From assembly GCA_045805265.1 (NCBI GenBank), contig JBJMLO010000008.1, forward strand, positions 128,846-192,845: a DNA stretch of 64,000 nucleotides, written 5' to 3'. This document shows, one piece after another, positions 63,588 to 64,000 of this stretch. The stretch's first letter is position 1. Each line of letters begins with the position of its first letter. Below the pieces are notes generated by a model. It made no database searches, was not told the origin of the DNA, and saw nothing but the letters and a program-made list of their open reading frames with translations. A program made the translations under genes and the position numbers. This DNA is from Actinomycetota bacterium. GTDB lineage: Bacteria > Actinomycetota > UBA4738 > JACQTL01.

Positions 63588-64000
63588 TCATCGTGGCGGC
63601 GCCAGCGTCCGGAGGTCCACGCCCTCGTCGGCCAGCACCTCCGGTTCGGGTCGCACGGCCGCCCTGATCAGCGGCATCGAGCGCCGGACGTCGCGGGGCC
63701 GGTTCACGCTGAGCACCGAGCGGAGGACGCCGGAGGATAGATAGAACGCCGTGAACGAGCGGTCCTCCAGCGAGCCGCGGAACACCAGCCGGTCCCAGCT
63801 CGGCGCGAACCCGGCCATCTGCAGGTTCATCTCGTACTGGTCCGACCAGAACCAGTGGGGATCGTCGAAGGGCCTACCGGCGCCCAGCATGTTCCGCGCG
63901 GCCGCCGGGCCCATCTTCAGCGCGTTGTCGAAGTGCTCGATGCGGACGGGACCGAACACCGGGTGATCGTGCCGCGCCACGTCCCCCACCGCCCACACGC
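63588..64000 (-). CDS. pyridine-nucleotide-disulfide/ferredoxin-reductase-type flavoprotein, C-terminal part (5' end lies beyond the window)
   Basis: Track ORF 63588..63998. ...GDVARHDHPVFGPVRIEHFDNALKMGPAAARNMLG...DQYEMNLQMAGF... is a Reductase_C-like dimerisation region. Confidence 0.6.
   Translation of the reverse strand, partial: VWAVGDVARHDHPVFGPVRIEHFDNALKMGPAAARNMLGAGRPFDDPHWFWSDQYEMNLQMAGFAPSWDRLVFRGSLEDRSFTAFYLSSGVLRSVLSVNRPRDVRRSMPLIRAAVRPEPEVLADEGVDLRTLAPPR

Noticed and set aside
1-64000. CRISPR arrays, rRNA genes, intact IS elements or transposases
   Set aside because: No direct-repeat/spacer periodicity, rRNA-like segments or transposase or intact integrase ORFs were seen. The only mobile-element signal is the integrase remnant at tRNA-Glu.

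Overview
This is a 64 kb window of very high-GC DNA, roughly 70% or more by eye, with strongly GC-biased third codon positions. Start codons are frequently GTG or TTG, AGGAGG-type ribosome-binding sites are common, and adjacent genes often overlap by 4 nt (ATGA/GTGA), all of which point to a densely packed bacterial chromosome. The right-hand housekeeping block runs gltX, a fumarylacetoacetate-hydrolase (FAH) family gene, ilvE, serA, then a class V aminotransferase. That order suggests an actinobacterium, and I would guess a deep-branching one, but that is inference. Gene density is high and almost every large reverse-frame ORF in the supplied track is a GC-artefact; about 60 genes are supportable from the sequence. 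Identifiable content from left to right: a minus-strand operon at 728-9457 headed by an rpoN-like gene (detailed below); a delta-60/beta-propeller secreted protein; an ArsR plus SRPBCC pair; a CDF cation transporter; a long minus-strand operon holding a NarL-type sensor histidine kinase, four tandem two-domain FtsX/MacB-like permeases and one ABC ATPase; a complete liv-type branched-chain amino-acid ABC importer (binding protein, fused LivHM permease, LivG, LivF) followed by two extra membrane/secreted proteins; tRNA-Glu(CUC) abutting the C-terminal remnant of a tyrosine integrase; a lower-GC island-like stretch (secreted Gly-rich protein, YdhR-like, DUF1059, a LAL-family LuxR regulator, a cupin, an XRE regulator); an operon of nucleotidyltransferase-like, BON, metallophosphoesterase and cupredoxin genes, with a paralogous nucleotidyltransferase gene divergent from it; a Crp/Fnr regulator; a CheB, CheB, CheR-PAS methylation module; an SDR oxidoreductase; a large membrane protein; a sulfatase; a MOSC-domain protein; and the housekeeping block listed above. 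The most interesting region is the minus-strand operon at 728-9457. It begins with a clearly recognisable but atypical sigma-54 (RpoN) gene whose region II carries a CxxC...CxxC insertion, and that gene is itself preceded by a perfect TGGCACG-N4-TTGCA -24/-12 element. Immediately downstream, a second near-identical -24/-12-like element precedes a tightly coupled seven-gene operon. That operon contains two paralogous proteins with N-terminal GEFEGG acidic tandem repeats, a Gly-zipper-like core and an Arg/Tyr/Gly-rich tail, then a frameshifted HEAGH metalloprotease, a long coiled-coil protein, an orphan 507-aa Trp/Tyr-rich protein, a BioF-like alpha-oxoamine synthase and an amidohydrolase. No enhancer-binding protein is visible in the window. 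Local base indexing in a few places disagrees by 1 nt with the supplied ORF track; wherever a feature could be tied to a track ORF, the coordinates below come from frame arithmetic on the track and otherwise should be read as +/-1-2 nt.
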